Shown here: one piece after another, positions 18,235 to 20,033 of the stretch | How positions within the stretch are numbered: position 1 is the stretch's first letter | How the letters are laid out: the number at the start of each line of letters is the position of its first letter | Assembly: GCA_016839815.1 (NCBI GenBank) | Contig: JAEOTM010000055.1 | Span: forward strand, 1-20,033 | DNA: 20,033 nucleotides | Direction of reading: 5' to 3' | Source: Candidatus Hodarchaeota archaeon | GTDB lineage: Archaea; Asgardarchaeota; Heimdallarchaeia; Hodarchaeales; Hodarchaeaceae | The notes under the pieces: generated by a model | What the model saw: the letters and a program-made list of their open reading frames with translations, nothing else | Databases searched by the model: none | What the model was told of the DNA's origin: nothing | Program-made: the position numbers and the translations under genes

Positions 18235-19221
18235 TTAAATCTCTGCATAAGTCCCAATTTTTTGAGTGGATGCTTTTTCAAATACTAGTTTTGCTGTAGC
18301 AGCATCTTGAATAGCTAATCCTACTGATTTGAAAACTGTTATTTCTTGATCATCTGCCCGGCCTGCTTTCTTACCAGTGATGATTTCTCCGAGATCCCCA
18401 TAAATATGCTCTTTGGTTATTATTCCTTCAGTAATGGGTATAATAATATCTCCTGCTTCAGCTAGACATGCACTTACTTGATCACATACAACTTTTGAGC
18501 GTAATATTGTTTCACTATCTAACTCACGTGTGCCAGGACTATGTGACCCAATCCCTGAAATGTGTGTACCAGGTTGAATCCATTTTCCATGAAAGATTGG
18601 AAGTGCAGAAGTAGTGGCAGTTAATATGATTTCAGAGCTTTTAATGATATCCTCGGCCAATTCAGCAACTTTTATTGGGATATTTAATTTTTCTGTCATT
18701 TTCTGAGCAAAACTCTCAGCTATATCTTTTCGGACGTCAAATACCATACCTCTTTTTATTGAGGGACGAGCGACACAAGCAGCCCAGAGCTGAGTCATAC
18801 CTTGAACACCTGTACCAAATAAACCGACAGTTTCGGCATTTTCTTTTGCTAAATACTCTATAGCCAATCCAGATACAGCACCTGTTCGCATAGCTGTCAA
18901 GTAACCTCCATCCATTATGCATATTACGTCTCCCGTCTTAATATCCTGTAATAGCACTTTTCCTAGTGTAGTTGGAAGATCATATTCAGAAGGATTATTT
19001 TTAAAGACAGTTACGACTTTAACTGATAATGATTCGGACTGGGGAAGATATGCAGGCATATATAGACTTACTCCTCCCTTAGCAGAGATAACGATCCGTT
19101 GTGGAAGGACTGCAGTTCCATCTGAAAGTTGACTAAAGGCCGTTTTCATCGCTTTAATGGTATCTTTCATATCCAAGACTGTTTCTACCTGTTTTCTATT
19201 CAATAACAATACATTACTCAT
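18235..19221 (-). CDS. Ornithine cyclodeaminase/mu-crystallin family enzyme (archaeal alanine dehydrogenase-like)
   Basis: PQR, YMPAY, SVKVVTVF..NP, LTAMRTGA, GTGVQG (NAD binding), GTHISGIGS, EAGD, FKSVGLAIQD. Substrate cannot be assigned from sequence. Confidence 0.92.
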   Translation of the reverse strand: MSNVLLLNRKQVETVLDMKDTIKAMKTAFSQLSDGTAVLPQRIVISAKGGVSLYMPAYLPQSESLSVKVVTVFKNNPSEYDLPTTLGKVLLQDIKTGDVICIMDGGYLTAMRTGAVSGLAIEYLAKENAETVGLFGTGVQGMTQLWAACVARPSIKRGMVFDVRKDIAESFAQKMTEKLNIPIKVAELAEDIIKSSEIILTATTSALPIFHGKWIQPGTHISGIGSHSPGTRELDSETILRSKVVCDQVSACLAEAGDIIIPITEGIITKEHIYGDLGEIITGKKAGRADDQEITVFKSVGLAIQDAATAKLVFEKASTQKIGTYAEI

Positions 19222-19502
19222 TTTCCTAGCTCACTTTTCTTTTCATCAGTGAATTTTCTTTTTCATTAACACCTATTCATTCAGCCCCATTTCTGAAGAA
19301 AGTCTTTTCAAAGTTCTTTTAATCAAATCTAAAACTTCAAATACTATCAATAGATGTGCGTACTTACGTCGTCAAATTAGTAAGAGAACGCTTATGAGTG
19401 AAATAATCAATACTGATTCACTGGATATTCGGAGAATATTACTAGAAAGACATAATAAGTTTTATTCTTATTTCTAACCATTAGTAGCAGGAAGAGTGGC
19501 TA

Positions 19503-20033
19503 GTGACCGTTTTAAAGATCGTGCTTATTGGAGATGGAGGAGTAGGAAAAACAGCTATTCGAGAGCGGTACTTAGGTAAAGGATTTAAATCTCAATACCT
19601 CCTTACTATTGGTGCAGATTTCGCTATGAGAGATGATATGGTTAATGGATCCGATATCCGATACCAGATTTGGGATTTAGCAGGGCAACAACGATTTGAT
19701 GCGGTTAGAGAAGTATACTATAAAGGATGTGTGGGTGCACTTTTAGTATATGATGTTACCCGGCCTGATTCGTATTTTAATACTCCAAAATGGATTAACG
19801 AGCTTTGGGCGAACAATGGTAGAGGACGCGTGCCTATCGTAGTTGTTGCAAATAAAATCGATATGAGGGAATTATCTGATGATACTGTTTCCCCAGAACA
19901 AGGCCGTGTGTTCACAAATCGTTTATCTAACCTTACAAAAGCTGAAGGATTTGAGTGCCACTATATAGAAACATCTGCAAAGACAGGCGTCAACATCCAA
20001 AACGCATTTGGTCTACTTGGGACAAATGTAATG
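19503..20033 (+). CDS. Rab-like small GTPase (Ras superfamily), 3'-truncated
   Basis: Own translation from GTG 19503 (in-frame TAG at 19485): MTVLKIVLIGDGGVGKT...TIGADF...YQIWDLAGQQRFDAVREVYYKGCVGALLVYDVT...VVANKID...YIETSAKTG. G1-G5 are intact. Absent from the ORF track because there is no stop in the window. Confidence 0.95.
   Translation, partial: MTVLKIVLIGDGGVGKTAIRERYLGKGFKSQYLLTIGADFAMRDDMVNGSDIRYQIWDLAGQQRFDAVREVYYKGCVGALLVYDVTRPDSYFNTPKWINELWANNGRGRVPIVVVANKIDMRELSDDTVSPEQGRVFTNRLSNLTKAEGFECHYIETSAKTGVNIQNAFGLLGTNVM

Noticed and set aside
157-19915. Short ORFs of 61-141 aa nested in or antisense to the main genes (e.g. 1660-2010, 2287-2709, 3220-3561, 14878-15303, 15300-15653, 19718-19915)
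   Set aside because: They overlap well-supported genes and have no family motifs; treated as shadow ORFs.
1-20033. Viral, mobile or eukaryotic origin; CRISPR, tRNA or rRNA
   Set aside because: No capsid, integrase, transposase or regularly spaced repeats seen, and no introns. Archaeal-type regulators and metabolic genes point to an archaeal chromosome.

Overview
AT-rich, densely coding archaeal chromosomal segment, most consistent with an Asgard archaeon (Heimdallarchaeia/Hodarchaeales-like; inferred from gene content, not from a search). The centrepiece is a 1468-aa family B DNA polymerase that follows the catalytic half of eukaryotic Pol epsilon motif by motif. It keeps all four CysX Fe-S ligands, has an expanded Cys-rich P-domain, and replaces the inactive second polymerase module with a disordered tail ending in a single Zn ribbon. 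The window also holds a Rab-like small GTPase missed by the ORF track (runs off the right end) and a 5'-truncated TPR/alpha-SNAP-like protein. Other genes: a MutY-like glycosylase lacking its C-terminal domain paired with an apparently nuclease-less N6-adenine methyltransferase, Lrp + rocD, dUTPase, an HTH/Zn-ribbon regulator, an ornithine cyclodeaminase/alanine dehydrogenase family enzyme with an odd mini-ORF leader, and several unknown membrane proteins. No rRNA, tRNA, CRISPR array or mobile element was recognised.
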